From: Planctomycetota bacterium
GTDB taxonomy: Bacteria; Planctomycetota; JAJSAM01; JAJVHW01
NCBI GenBank assembly: GCA_965248445.1
Contig: CBDFJG010000003.1
Coordinates: forward strand, 512,001-576,000
DNA: 64,000 bases
Reading direction: 5' to 3'
Both the position numbers and the translations under genes were made by a program. This document shows, one piece after another, positions 47,827 to 56,950 of the stretch. Positions within the stretch are counted from its first letter, which is position 1. Every line of letters begins with the position of its first letter. The notes below the pieces were generated by a model. That model made no database searches. It was not told the DNA's origin and worked only from the letters and a program-made list of their open reading frames with translations.

Positions 47827-49995
47827 CTACTCGTCGGACACCGGACGTGGCGACATCACGACAGTGACCTCGCGGATCTCGCCCTCTGCGACCATGACGC
47901 GCACGTCGTGCGCGCGGCAGCCGGCGACCGCGACCCAGAAGCGCACCGGGCCGGGGGGCATGCCGCGCAGCCGCACCACGCCCTCTTCGGAGAAGATTCC
48001 CTCCCACGCGCCCGTCACGACCTCGAGTTCGGAGAGTTCGGTTCCCTGCTCATCGACCGCGCGCACCACGACCATCGTCTCCGGCCAGCGCAGCGTCCAC
48101 GGACCCGGCTCGTCGATGAACCGCACGAGTGGGTGCAGTTCCTCGCTCTCGTCCGCGGTGATCTCGACGCGGTCGTGGCGGGTGAACGCGAATTCGATGA
48201 TTCCGTCCGCGCCCATCGGGATCGTCTGCGTGGAACGCAGGCGTCCCGACGCCCGGCGGATCTCCGCAGTGACGCCTGCCGCGGGTGATCCGTCCGGCAG
48301 CAGCACGGTCAGCGTCTCCTTCGGGAGCTTCTCTTCGTGGGGGACGGACATCGGCCCGTCGTCCCACTCTGCCTCGTCCTCCTCGACCGGCGGAGACGAC
48401 AGCACCAGTTGCGGGCCGGGGCCCTCGGGCGGCCCGTCCAGCACCACGCGTGCGCTCCGTTCGCGGTCGTCGGTGACGTATTCCAGCGCGAACGGTCCCG
48501 CCGCGGGGACGTGGAAGAGACCGTCGTCCGCCACGACGTCGCCCGCGGCGTCGCGCCGCCCGGCGGTGACCGGTGTGCGCCGACCGGACGGGGCGACGAG
48601 GTGGAACTCCCCGTCGAGCGCAGCTGGGAACGAACCGAGCGCACCGTCCTCGCCAGACTCGACAACCACGGGCCGCCAGACGGGGTTGGTGGTCAGCGGC
48701 ACGTCGAGGTCGACGGGCTCCTTGTCGATCACGACCTCTGCGGTGTACGGACGGATCGCTCCGGTCGCCGACCCGAACGTCACGGCCCACGTGCCGGGTG
48801 TGAGTTCGAGCTCGATGCGGAGCGAACCGTCCTCGAACTCCCCTTCGTCCTCCTCGACGTAACCGTCGGCCTGACGCACCGCGCGAATCGGGAGGTCTGC
48901 TTCGGTGAGCGGCCGATCGGTCGTGAGCGTCGCGCGCACGCGCAGGAGTTGCAGTGGGGCGGACTCGCTCTCGTCTTCGTCCTCCTCCTCCCCCGCGTCC
49001 TCCACGTAGGCCTCCAACCGGAACTCGCCTAACACCCCGGGCGCCGCCGCGAAGTCCTCGCGGTACTCCGGCCCGCCCGCGGGCCAGGTGTAGGCCACCG
49101 TGATGTGGTTGCCCGGCGGGGCGCCGAAGAGGCGGAAGCGTCCGTCCGCGTTCGTCGTCGTCCAGGGCCCGCGGTGGGTGTCGGGAACGCCCACGGCCAC
49201 TCCGTCGGCGGGACTGCCGTCCGCGTTGACCACGCGCCCCTCGAGCACCGGCGCGGGGTGGCCGCGCAGGATGCGGCGCCCGTCCTCGAGCGGTAGCTCA
49301 CCGGGACTGGAGGAGTACGCGCTCGAACCCAGCAGTCCGGCCGCGCGCACCCAGATCGTGCCCTTCTCCGGATCGACGTCGCGGAACACGAAGCGACCCT
49401 CGGCGTCGGTCGTCTCGCTGCGCACCGCCGGCGTGTGTCCGCAGCCAAGCAGCAACTCCACGATCGCGCCGCTGACCGGCCGGTCGAGCCAGTCGCGCAG
49501 TTCGATCTCGACGTCCTGACCCGGCACAAGCCGGAGCTCCTCCTCAAACCCGAACTCGCCCACAGCCGCCCACCCGGGCGCATCCACGAAGTACCACTGC
49601 CCGTAGTCTTTGCGGTCCGCGAGCACCAGGCCGTCGAGGTCGGTATCCAGGGCGTGCACACGCAAGTCACCCCACGGCTCCGCGTGCGGGTAACCCGCCT
49701 CGTGCCAGTTCGCCACCCGCGCCCCGACGATCGGCTCGCCCGTCCGGTCGTCCACCACGCGCACCGGTACGTGCGTCACCTCGTCGTCGTACAGGTCGGC
49801 CAGCTGGACCTCGGCCGGCAACTCCCGATCCCAGGTCTCGGGCTGCGGCACCACCCGCTCGCGCGGCACGCGCTCGGGCTCGCGCTCCGCGGGCGGGGTC
49901 TCCTGCGCGACGGGCGGCTCGGGCTCCGGCGTGCCCGGCGAGCACGCGGCGAGCGCCACGCACACCGGAACCACGACCGACCGGAACCGACCCAC
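47827..49995 (-). CDS. Acidic lipoprotein with repeated carboxypeptidase-regulatory-like beta-sandwich domains
   Basis: Lipobox LAAC; repeats TGEPIVGARV, PVSGAIV..TTDAEGRF, DGSPADGV..TTNADGRF. Confidence 0.75.
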   Translation of the reverse strand: MGRFRSVVVPVCVALAACSPGTPEPEPPVAQETPPAEREPERVPRERVVPQPETWDRELPAEVQLADLYDDEVTHVPVRVVDDRTGEPIVGARVANWHEAGYPHAEPWGDLRVHALDTDLDGLVLADRKDYGQWYFVDAPGWAAVGEFGFEEELRLVPGQDVEIELRDWLDRPVSGAIVELLLGCGHTPAVRSETTDAEGRFVFRDVDPEKGTIWVRAAGLLGSSAYSSSPGELPLEDGRRILRGHPAPVLEGRVVNADGSPADGVAVGVPDTHRGPWTTTNADGRFRLFGAPPGNHITVAYTWPAGGPEYREDFAAAPGVLGEFRLEAYVEDAGEEEDEDESESAPLQLLRVRATLTTDRPLTEADLPIRAVRQADGYVEEDEGEFEDGSLRIELELTPGTWAVTFGSATGAIRPYTAEVVIDKEPVDLDVPLTTNPVWRPVVVESGEDGALGSFPAALDGEFHLVAPSGRRTPVTAGRRDAAGDVVADDGLFHVPAAGPFALEYVTDDRERSARVVLDGPPEGPGPQLVLSSPPVEEDEAEWDDGPMSVPHEEKLPKETLTVLLPDGSPAAGVTAEIRRASGRLRSTQTIPMGADGIIEFAFTRHDRVEITADESEELHPLVRFIDEPGPWTLRWPETMVVVRAVDEQGTELSELEVVTGAWEGIFSEEGVVRLRGMPPGPVRFWVAVAGCRAHDVRVMVAEGEIREVTVVMSPRPVSDE

Positions 49996-50104
49996 ACGGC
50001 AAGTCTACGTCCCGTCGGCATCACCGGACGCGCCCTGGGAGTTGGAGCACTCTTCCTGGGACTGAAGCGGTCAGAATTCGCACTCCTTTCAAAGGAGGTG
50101 CTGC

Positions 50105-51460
50105 ATGCGTCGTTCGTTCCGTTCGCTCTCTCTGGCCACGCTGGCGTTCGCCGTGGCCTCGACCGCGGTGTCCCTCGGGGCGGGCGGCGACTTGCTGTGG
50201 GACGTCCAGCTGGACAACGCCGCCCAGGGCGATGACGACGACGCCGAGGCCATCGCCGTCAAGGGCAAGCGCGTGTTCGTGGCCGGGCAGGGAGGGTCCG
50301 CGGCGAGCGGTCTCGAGTGGATGGTGCGGGCCTACGACTCCCGCACCGGCCGGGAGCTCTGGAACGATGTCGACGGCCATGACGGCAATGACGACGACGC
50401 CGAGGCGATCGTGGTGAAGGGCAAGACCGTGTTCGCTGCCGGCTACTGGGGCTCGGACGAGGACGATCGCGACTGGTACGTGCGCGCGTACGACGCCCGG
50501 AGCGGGGAGATCCTGTGGAGCGACCGACTCGACGTCGACGGCTTGGGCGACGCCGCCGTGACGATGGCTGTCAAGGGCAAGCGCTTGTTCGTGGCGGGCT
50601 ACGCCGAGACCAGTGAAGACGCCAGGGACTGGATGGTCCGCGCCTACGACACACGGACGGGCGAAGCGCTCTGGACCGAGCAGTTCGATGGGGAGGGCTT
50701 CGACGACGACGTCAGCGACCGGCCGCTCGTGGTCCGAGGCACCGTCGTGATCGTGTCCGGCTTCGTCACGACGGACGCCGCGGGCGAGAACTGGCTGGTC
50801 CGCGCGTACGACACGAAAACCGGGGCGCTCGTCTGGGACGACGAGGTCGACGACGGCGGCACCGGCGGCGACAGGGCCAAGGGCGCGGCGGGCAAGGGCA
50901 GCCGCGTGTTCGTGGTGGGGGAACTCACCGCCGACGGTGACCGGGACGCCGTCATCCGCGCTTACAGGGCGAAGACGGGCGAGCTGCTCTGGGACGACCG
51001 CTTCGACATCGACGAGAACGGTGACGAATTCAACGTGGTGGCCGTCAAGGGGCGCCGCGTGTTCGCAGCGGGAGAGGGCGGGGGCAATGCTCAGGCGATG
51101 ATCTTCGCGTACGACGCGAAGAGCGGGGACGTCCTCTGGCAGGACGTCTTCGACGCGCGCCCCGGCGACGTCGACGACGATGTGGACGGGATCGCAGTCC
51201 TCGGCGGCACGGTCTTCATCACCGGCGAACCCGGAACCGAGGAGGAGGACTCCAACGACCTGATGGTGCGCGCCTACAAGGCCAAGACCGGCGACGTGCT
51301 CTGGGAGGACCTGTTCGACCTCGCCGGAGGCAGCGACTTCGTCGAAGACGGCTGGTCCATCGCCGCCGGCGGCGGCCGCGTGTTCGTAGCGATCCAGTCC
51401 GACAGCGGGCCCGACGGTGCGCATGCGGACTGGGTCATCCGCGCGTACGACGCCAAGTAG
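50105..51460 (+). CDS. Secreted eight-bladed PQQ-like beta-propeller
   Basis: Signal peptide; eight W.VRAYD.(R/K)TG..LW repeats; strong AAGGAGGTG RBS. Confidence 0.85.
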   Translation: MRRSFRSLSLATLAFAVASTAVSLGAGGDLLWDVQLDNAAQGDDDDAEAIAVKGKRVFVAGQGGSAASGLEWMVRAYDSRTGRELWNDVDGHDGNDDDAEAIVVKGKTVFAAGYWGSDEDDRDWYVRAYDARSGEILWSDRLDVDGLGDAAVTMAVKGKRLFVAGYAETSEDARDWMVRAYDTRTGEALWTEQFDGEGFDDDVSDRPLVVRGTVVIVSGFVTTDAAGENWLVRAYDTKTGALVWDDEVDDGGTGGDRAKGAAGKGSRVFVVGELTADGDRDAVIRAYRAKTGELLWDDRFDIDENGDEFNVVAVKGRRVFAAGEGGGNAQAMIFAYDAKSGDVLWQDVFDARPGDVDDDVDGIAVLGGTVFITGEPGTEEEDSNDLMVRAYKAKTGDVLWEDLFDLAGGSDFVEDGWSIAAGGGRVFVAIQSDSGPDGAHADWVIRAYDAK

Positions 51461-51469
51461 TCCTGCTTC

Positions 51470-51951
51470 CAAGTGTCCCGCCTTCTATGCGACGCCGGCT
51501 CACGGTTCCCGGCGCGTGGCATCGACGAACACCTCGAACCTGTCGCAAGGCGCACCCGGACGGTCGAGGGGTCAGACCTCGGTAGCTGTAGCGTTGCCTT
51601 GCCAACGAACCCCCGCAGCACGGCGGACCGATAGCCCCGACGTGAGACGACTACGTCATAGCCCGCGTCGTGTGGCGAGTACTCATCCGGAGGTCGCGCT
51701 ACGCCATCGGCCTGCGTTATCACGTCCGGCAGCGCCAGGTAGTCCTCATGGTGCATGGGCCTGAACCACACGGCAGCCCCGGACAGCGGTCGTCTGTACA
51801 TGTCCTGGACGATCACCGTCGGCGCCGTGGGCTCGCCGCGCGAAGGCGCAGCGACGACCGTGGCGTCGTCGACCGGAAGCGTCCGACACGCAACGATGCC
51901 GATGGCGGCGCAGAGGAGCACTACACCTCGAAGCGATCGTCCAGGCAGCAT
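51470..51951 (-). pseudogene. Probable truncated lipoprotein gene (carboxypeptidase-regulatory-like fragment)
   Basis: Lipobox IVAC, VQDMYRRPLSGAAV..TQADGVA; frame runs on 187 bp into the convergent gene (stop at 51274), so the real 3' end is unclear. Confidence 0.4.
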
Positions 51952-52567
51952 GACCAGCCTCCCACGGGCAGCCCCGAGAACGTGGGACTCGGCTACCGTA
52001 ATCCACGCTCCCGCTGGCTGCGAAACGGCAGAGTCCTCCGTGCGGCCGTGGCGGCGAAGTCTGACACAGCAGTTCGAAACGCCGACAGGCGGGGCGAGAG
52101 GACATCTCGGATTCCGAACGCGGCGCTGCTGAGATCGAACGTCAGCACGTCCAGACCACTGTTCGCCGGGTCGAGCATTCCCTCGGCGTGCACACGCTCC
52201 TCGCGCAGCACGAGTATCGGGTGCTCGAGTTCGAATGCGATTGCGGCCTCGATCTGTGTCCAGTCAGTTGCGACGTAGCGGGCGTCGTGTCTCGCGGCAA
52301 GCGTACTCTCGACGTACTCGACACCTGAGTCGATCCGCGCTCGCGCCAACGCCAAGACGACGCTTCCGGAGCAACGACGCATGAGACGCCTGACCGGTAC
52401 GAGCGGCGCTTCGCGTGACCAGAACACCGGGGGCAGCGCCAGCGGCGTCAGCCCTCCGTGCCGCAGCGTGCGAACGACCTGATCCACGGCCGCTCCCCTC
52501 TGTGCCAACGTGGCTGAGACACCGACCCCACGGATGATTACTGTGCAGGGCGGTGGAGGAACCAGCG

Positions 52568-53071
52568 ATGACGAACAACCACAACACAGCGCCGGGGGAG
52601 ATCCCGGAGCCGAGGGAGGGCGAGCATAGCGAGCGCGATCGAGGCGGAGGGGGCTCCCCCGGGGCGCGCGGCCCGGGGGACGTTGGGGTGCGCGACCCCG
52701 AGGTCGTGCCGCGCGCCTCGCGGCGGCGCTTTGGCGCCGCGTACAAGCTACGGATCATCGAGGCGGCGGACGCGTGCACGAAGCCCGGCGAGATCGGCGC
52801 TCTCTTGCGCCGTGAGGGGCTGTACTCCTCGCACTTGTTGACGTGGCGGCGCGCGCGGGACCAGGGCCAGCTCGAGGCGCTCTCGCCCAAGCGGCGTGGT
52901 CCCAAGCCCGATCCGGACCGTGCGCTCAAGAAGCGCAACGAGCAGCTCGAGCGCGAAGTCGCCCGTCTCGAGAAGCGGCTCGAGACGGCCGAGGTGATCA
53001 TCGACGTGCAGCGAAAAGTCTCACGGCTGCTGGGCATCGAGATGCCCGAGACGAGCGGGAGCGACACGTGA
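52568..53071 (+). CDS. IS OrfA (HTH plus leucine-zipper-like transposase subunit)
   Basis: RRRF.AAYKLRI, GALLRREGLYSSHL..WRR, coiled coil, IIDVQRK. Confidence 0.88.
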   Translation: MTNNHNTAPGEIPEPREGEHSERDRGGGGSPGARGPGDVGVRDPEVVPRASRRRFGAAYKLRIIEAADACTKPGEIGALLRREGLYSSHLLTWRRARDQGQLEALSPKRRGPKPDPDRALKKRNEQLEREVARLEKRLETAEVIIDVQRKVSRLLGIEMPETSGSDT

Positions 53072-54096
53072 TTGCGGCGGAGGAGCTGGGGGGACGCGTG
53101 GGCGTCGCCCCCGCGTGCCGCGCGCTCGGAGTCACGCGCGCCACGCTCTATCGGCGCCGAACGGCACGCACGTGCCCCCGGCCCCAGCAGCCGCGCCGGC
53201 GCTCGCCGCGCGCCCTCACGATCGACGAGCGTCTTACCGTACTCGCGGTGCTGAGCGAGGAGCGCTTCTGCGATCTGTCACCGCTTGCGGCGTGGGCGAT
53301 CCTGCTCGACGAGGGACGCTACCTGTGCTCGGTGCGCACGATGTACCGCATCCTCGGTGCGGCTGGTGCTGTGCGTGAGCGCCGCAACCAGCTGCGTCAT
53401 CCCGCGTACAAGAAGCCCGAGCTCCTCGCGACCTCCCCGAACCAGGTCTGGAGCTGGGACATCACCAAGCTCCGCGGCCCGGTGAAGTGGAGCTACTTCT
53501 ATCTCTACGTCGTGCTCGACATCTACTCCCGCAACGTCGTGGGCTGGATGCTGGCGGACTGCGAGAGCGGTGCGCTGGCGACGGCACTCATCGAGCAGTC
53601 CTGCGAGAAGCAGGGGATCGCGGCGGAGCAGCTCACGATCCACTCCGATCGGGGGCCGCCGATGATCAGCAAGCCGGTGGCCTTTCTGCTCGCCGATCTC
53701 GGCGTGACGAAGTCGCACAGCCGGCCGTACACGTCGAATGACAATCCGTTTTCCGAGAGCCAATTCCGCACGCTGAAGTACCGGCCGGACTTCCCAGCGC
53801 GCTTCGGCTGCATCGAGGACGCGCGGGCGCACTGCCGCGCCTTTTTCCACTGGTACAACCGCGAGCATCGTCACTCGAGTCTCGGGCTGCTGACGCCCGA
53901 GACCGTGCACTACGGCCGCGCCGAAGCGGCCGTCGCCGCGCGCTCGGTCGTGCTCGATGCCGCGTACGCGGCGCATCCCGAGCGCTTCGTGCGCCGTGCG
54001 CCGACGCCGCCGGCTCTGCCGACCGAGACGTGGATCAACCCGCCGGCCCGGGAACTCGCGGCGCTGGAGACTGCGACACAGGAGGCTGCTCACTAA
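53068..54096 (+). CDS. IS OrfB DDE transposase (rve integrase core)
   Basis: PNQVWSWDIT, LDIYSR..VGW, HSDRG, DNPFSESQF, WYN..HRHSSL; GTGA overlap with orfA. Confidence 0.93.
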   Translation: MIAAEELGGRVGVAPACRALGVTRATLYRRRTARTCPRPQQPRRRSPRALTIDERLTVLAVLSEERFCDLSPLAAWAILLDEGRYLCSVRTMYRILGAAGAVRERRNQLRHPAYKKPELLATSPNQVWSWDITKLRGPVKWSYFYLYVVLDIYSRNVVGWMLADCESGALATALIEQSCEKQGIAAEQLTIHSDRGPPMISKPVAFLLADLGVTKSHSRPYTSNDNPFSESQFRTLKYRPDFPARFGCIEDARAHCRAFFHWYNREHRHSSLGLLTPETVHYGRAEAAVAARSVVLDAAYAAHPERFVRRAPTPPALPTETWINPPARELAALETATQEAAH

Positions 54097-54391
54097 ACTC
54101 GAAGACGCGGTGTCTCAAAGTCGTTGACACGTCCCGCTCTCTGGCGGCCGTTGATCGGCCGCGTGGTACTCAGGAAGACAGGGAGCGGTTCGGCGCGCGT
54201 CATCGTCACTCATTGCGCGCCGAGCACGGCGGAGTCCCCGGCAGCGCTCGTCGCGGCCGGATGATAGCGCACACTGGATGCGTCCACGGGAAGGCGAATC
54301 ACGAGTCTACTCGCGCGCGCGGTGTCGTCGTAGACTGCGACGGTCGTCGAACGGTGGTGGGTTCATCGCTTGGGAAGGGAACCGGAGCGGC

Positions 54392-56869
54392 ATGATTCAA
54401 GGCGGAGCCGGACTCAAGGAAGCACTCGCGACGGCGCGGGACATCTTGAACGGCGACGTGAGGTGGGATCTCGACTATCCCGACACCGTGCTCGGTGTCG
54501 TGAGGGTACTGAAGAAGGGTCAGCGTTGGGGACGCGCTCGTAGCGTGCTCGATCGAGCGGTGGACGAGGCGCTCGGTGTGTCGGCAAAGAGGGCGCAGCT
54601 GGCCGTCCCGCTCGTGCAGCAGCTCGCTCTCACGTTCTCGAAGGACGTGAGCCTCCCGCATCGTCGCCACGAGCAGGCACTCGAGATCCTCGAGGGCAAA
54701 GGGGACCTCGGCGACACGACGAACAGCGAGACGCTTGGCATCGCCGGCGGCATCCACAAGCGGATGTGGGTCGTGAGCGGCGAGATGCGGCATCTGACGA
54801 GCGCGCTCTCCTACTACGAGCGCGGGATGCACGCCGGCGGGGCCGCAGATCTTGGCTACAACGCCATCAATGCCGCGTTTCTCAACGACGAGCTCGCGCG
54901 ACAGGACCAATCGGAAGCGGCCAAGAACCGGCGGTACGAGGCCCGCGCCATCCGCAACAAACTCGTGACCGTCGACCTGCCGCAGTTCAAGCAGGAGAAA
55001 GGCTCAGACTGGTGGTACCTGGTGACGCTCGTCGAGGCGCATCTTGGGCTGGGCCAGCATGCCGAAGCGAGCACCTGGCTGCAACGGGCCAACCAGCATC
55101 GCGACGGCGACTGGATGGTGCAGGCGACCGTCACTCAACTCGCCGAGCTCGCTCAGCTACAGAGCGACGATGATCGTGAGGGCAGCCTTCAAGTCCTCCG
55201 AGAGGCGTTCCCTGGTGCGGAGCTCGATGATCTTGGGCGTCCCTTCGGGATTGCATTGTCGGGTGGTGGCTTTCGCGCGTCGCTGTTCCACATCGGGGTA
55301 CTGGCCTGTCTCGCAGACGCCGAACTGCTGCGGCGCGTCGAGGCGATCTCATGCGTCTCCGGCGGATCGATCATCGGTGCGCAGTACTACCTGGAGCTGA
55401 AGCACGAACTCGAGACGAAGGGTGAGTTGGACCCGGATGACTACAGGGGCGTCGTGCGGCGGCTCGAGGAGAAGTTCGTCAGAGGCGTGCAGCGGAACGT
55501 GCGCACACGACTGCTGACGAACCTCGGGGAGTCGATCCGCGTGCTGTGTTCCCGGAGAACGCGCACCCGCGACCTCGGCGACCTCCTGGAGAAAGAGCTG
55601 TTCAGCCACGTCGAGGGCGCGACGCCGGAACAACTCGAGATGTCCAATCTGGCGATCCAGCCCGCCAACGAGGCGGCGGGTTTCCACCCCGCGAACCGCA
55701 ACTGGCAGCGGCGCTCCAAGGTGCCGGCGCTCATCCTGAACGCAACGAGCTTGAACACCGGCCATCTGTGGCAGTTCCACGCCACATGGATGGGCGAGCC
55801 GCCAGGGACGATCGAGCCTGAGGTGGATCGACGTGAGCGCCTGCGGCGGCTGGCATATGACGAAGCGCCGCCGCAGCTTCAGCACATCCGGCTGGGGCAA
55901 GCGGTCGCCGCGTCGGCATGCGTGCCCGGGTTGTTCGAGCCGTTCGATCTCGACGGGCTCTATCCGAGTCGCAGAGTGCGGCTCGTGGACGGCGGCGTGT
56001 TCGACAACCAGGGCATCGAGGGACTGCGCCTCGCGGAGTGCCGCGAGATACTCGTCAGCGACGCGGGCGGCTCGCTCATCGCGATGGCGAAGCCGCCGGA
56101 TGGGGTGGTGGACGCGCCGCTACGCGTGACCGCCATCCAGATGATGGTTGTCCGCGACCGCCGCCACAATCGCCTTCACGGTCTGAAGACGGCTGGGGCA
56201 TTGCGGGAATTCACGTGGGTGGATCTCGTTCCTGACGAACAGCAAGTAGAGACCGTGAGGTGGAACACCTGTACGCGTCCGCGCGAGACGGACAGGATCG
56301 AGCCGCGTAAACCCACGGACGTTCCAGAGCACATCGCGGGACTGCGCACCGATCTGGACTCGTTCTCCGACGTCGAGGCGTACGCGCTCATGGCAAAGGG
56401 GTACGAGGAGACCCGGCGCGGGCTGCTCAAATCGAAGCGGCGCGTCCAGCGGGGCAAATGGAAGTTCCTGGAGATCGAACCGATCCTGCAGGAGGAGCAG
56501 TCCGCACACCCCCGCGCACATGCGGAGCTGCTGCGCCTGCTGCGCGCCGGCAGCGCACCCGTGTTCAAGGTCTGGTGGATCTGCCGCCCCCTGACGGTCG
56601 CGCTGGTCGTGGTCACGCTCGCCGGCCTCTACTGGGTCGGCATCACCGTCGGTGTGCCGGACGCGCGTGCACTCGTGATCATCGGCGCGACCGTCCTCGC
56701 GCTCGCCGCTTTGTCGCTCGTCATGCGTCTTCTCGGCTTGACCAGGTTCCTCGTCAACGTCGGCGCCGTTCTCGCGTGGCTGCCGATGACGATACACCTG
56801 CACTTTTTCGACTGGCTGTTCCTGCGGTACGGCCGACTGAGCCGACTCCTGCGTATCCGCGAGAAGTAG
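54392..56869 (+). CDS. TPR-sensor (MAP3K TRAF-binding-like) domain fused to a patatin-like phospholipase and C-terminal TM helices
   Basis: SETLGIAGGIHKRMW, YNAINAAFL, DWWYLVTLVEAHLG; ALSGGGFRA, SCVSGGS, LNAT, AVAASACVPG, DGGVFDNQG, LRTDLD; ORF can be extended to 54278. Confidence 0.85.
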   Translation: MIQGGAGLKEALATARDILNGDVRWDLDYPDTVLGVVRVLKKGQRWGRARSVLDRAVDEALGVSAKRAQLAVPLVQQLALTFSKDVSLPHRRHEQALEILEGKGDLGDTTNSETLGIAGGIHKRMWVVSGEMRHLTSALSYYERGMHAGGAADLGYNAINAAFLNDELARQDQSEAAKNRRYEARAIRNKLVTVDLPQFKQEKGSDWWYLVTLVEAHLGLGQHAEASTWLQRANQHRDGDWMVQATVTQLAELAQLQSDDDREGSLQVLREAFPGAELDDLGRPFGIALSGGGFRASLFHIGVLACLADAELLRRVEAISCVSGGSIIGAQYYLELKHELETKGELDPDDYRGVVRRLEEKFVRGVQRNVRTRLLTNLGESIRVLCSRRTRTRDLGDLLEKELFSHVEGATPEQLEMSNLAIQPANEAAGFHPANRNWQRRSKVPALILNATSLNTGHLWQFHATWMGEPPGTIEPEVDRRERLRRLAYDEAPPQLQHIRLGQAVAASACVPGLFEPFDLDGLYPSRRVRLVDGGVFDNQGIEGLRLAECREILVSDAGGSLIAMAKPPDGVVDAPLRVTAIQMMVVRDRRHNRLHGLKTAGALREFTWVDLVPDEQQVETVRWNTCTRPRETDRIEPRKPTDVPEHIAGLRTDLDSFSDVEAYALMAKGYEETRRGLLKSKRRVQRGKWKFLEIEPILQEEQSAHPRAHAELLRLLRAGSAPVFKVWWICRPLTVALVVVTLAGLYWVGITVGVPDARALVIIGATVLALAALSLVMRLLGLTRFLVNVGAVLAWLPMTIHLHFFDWLFLRYGRLSRLLRIREK

Positions 56870-56950
56870 ATCGCGCGCGCTTCCAGCCTCGACCTGCGAC
56901 CTACGGTTTAGGAAACCGTTGCTCGGTGGGACCCGGCGGCGCGGGATCGG

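Larger units (their letters stand above)
52496..54136 (+). mobile_element. IS3-like insertion sequence, about 1.64 kb
   Basis: Imperfect 23-bp IRs at 52501-52523 and 54109-54131 (17/23 match); flanking direct repeat CTC (extendable to CCGCTC at 52490-52495 and 54134-54139); orfA/orfB. Confidence 0.9.
51993..54203 (-). pseudogene. TIR/deoxyribohydrolase-like gene interrupted by the IS (segments 54203-54140 and 52495-51993, 188 aa rejoined)
   Basis: Removing the IS and one target copy gives MTRAEPLPVFLSTTRPINGRQRAAVDQVVRTL..LMRRCSGSVVLA..TDWTQIEAAIAFELEHPILVLRE in one frame. Confidence 0.75.

Noticed and set aside
34490..51460. PEP-CTERM-type sorting tails on the secreted proteins
   Set aside because: None of the secreted proteins ends in a motif-TM-basic cluster
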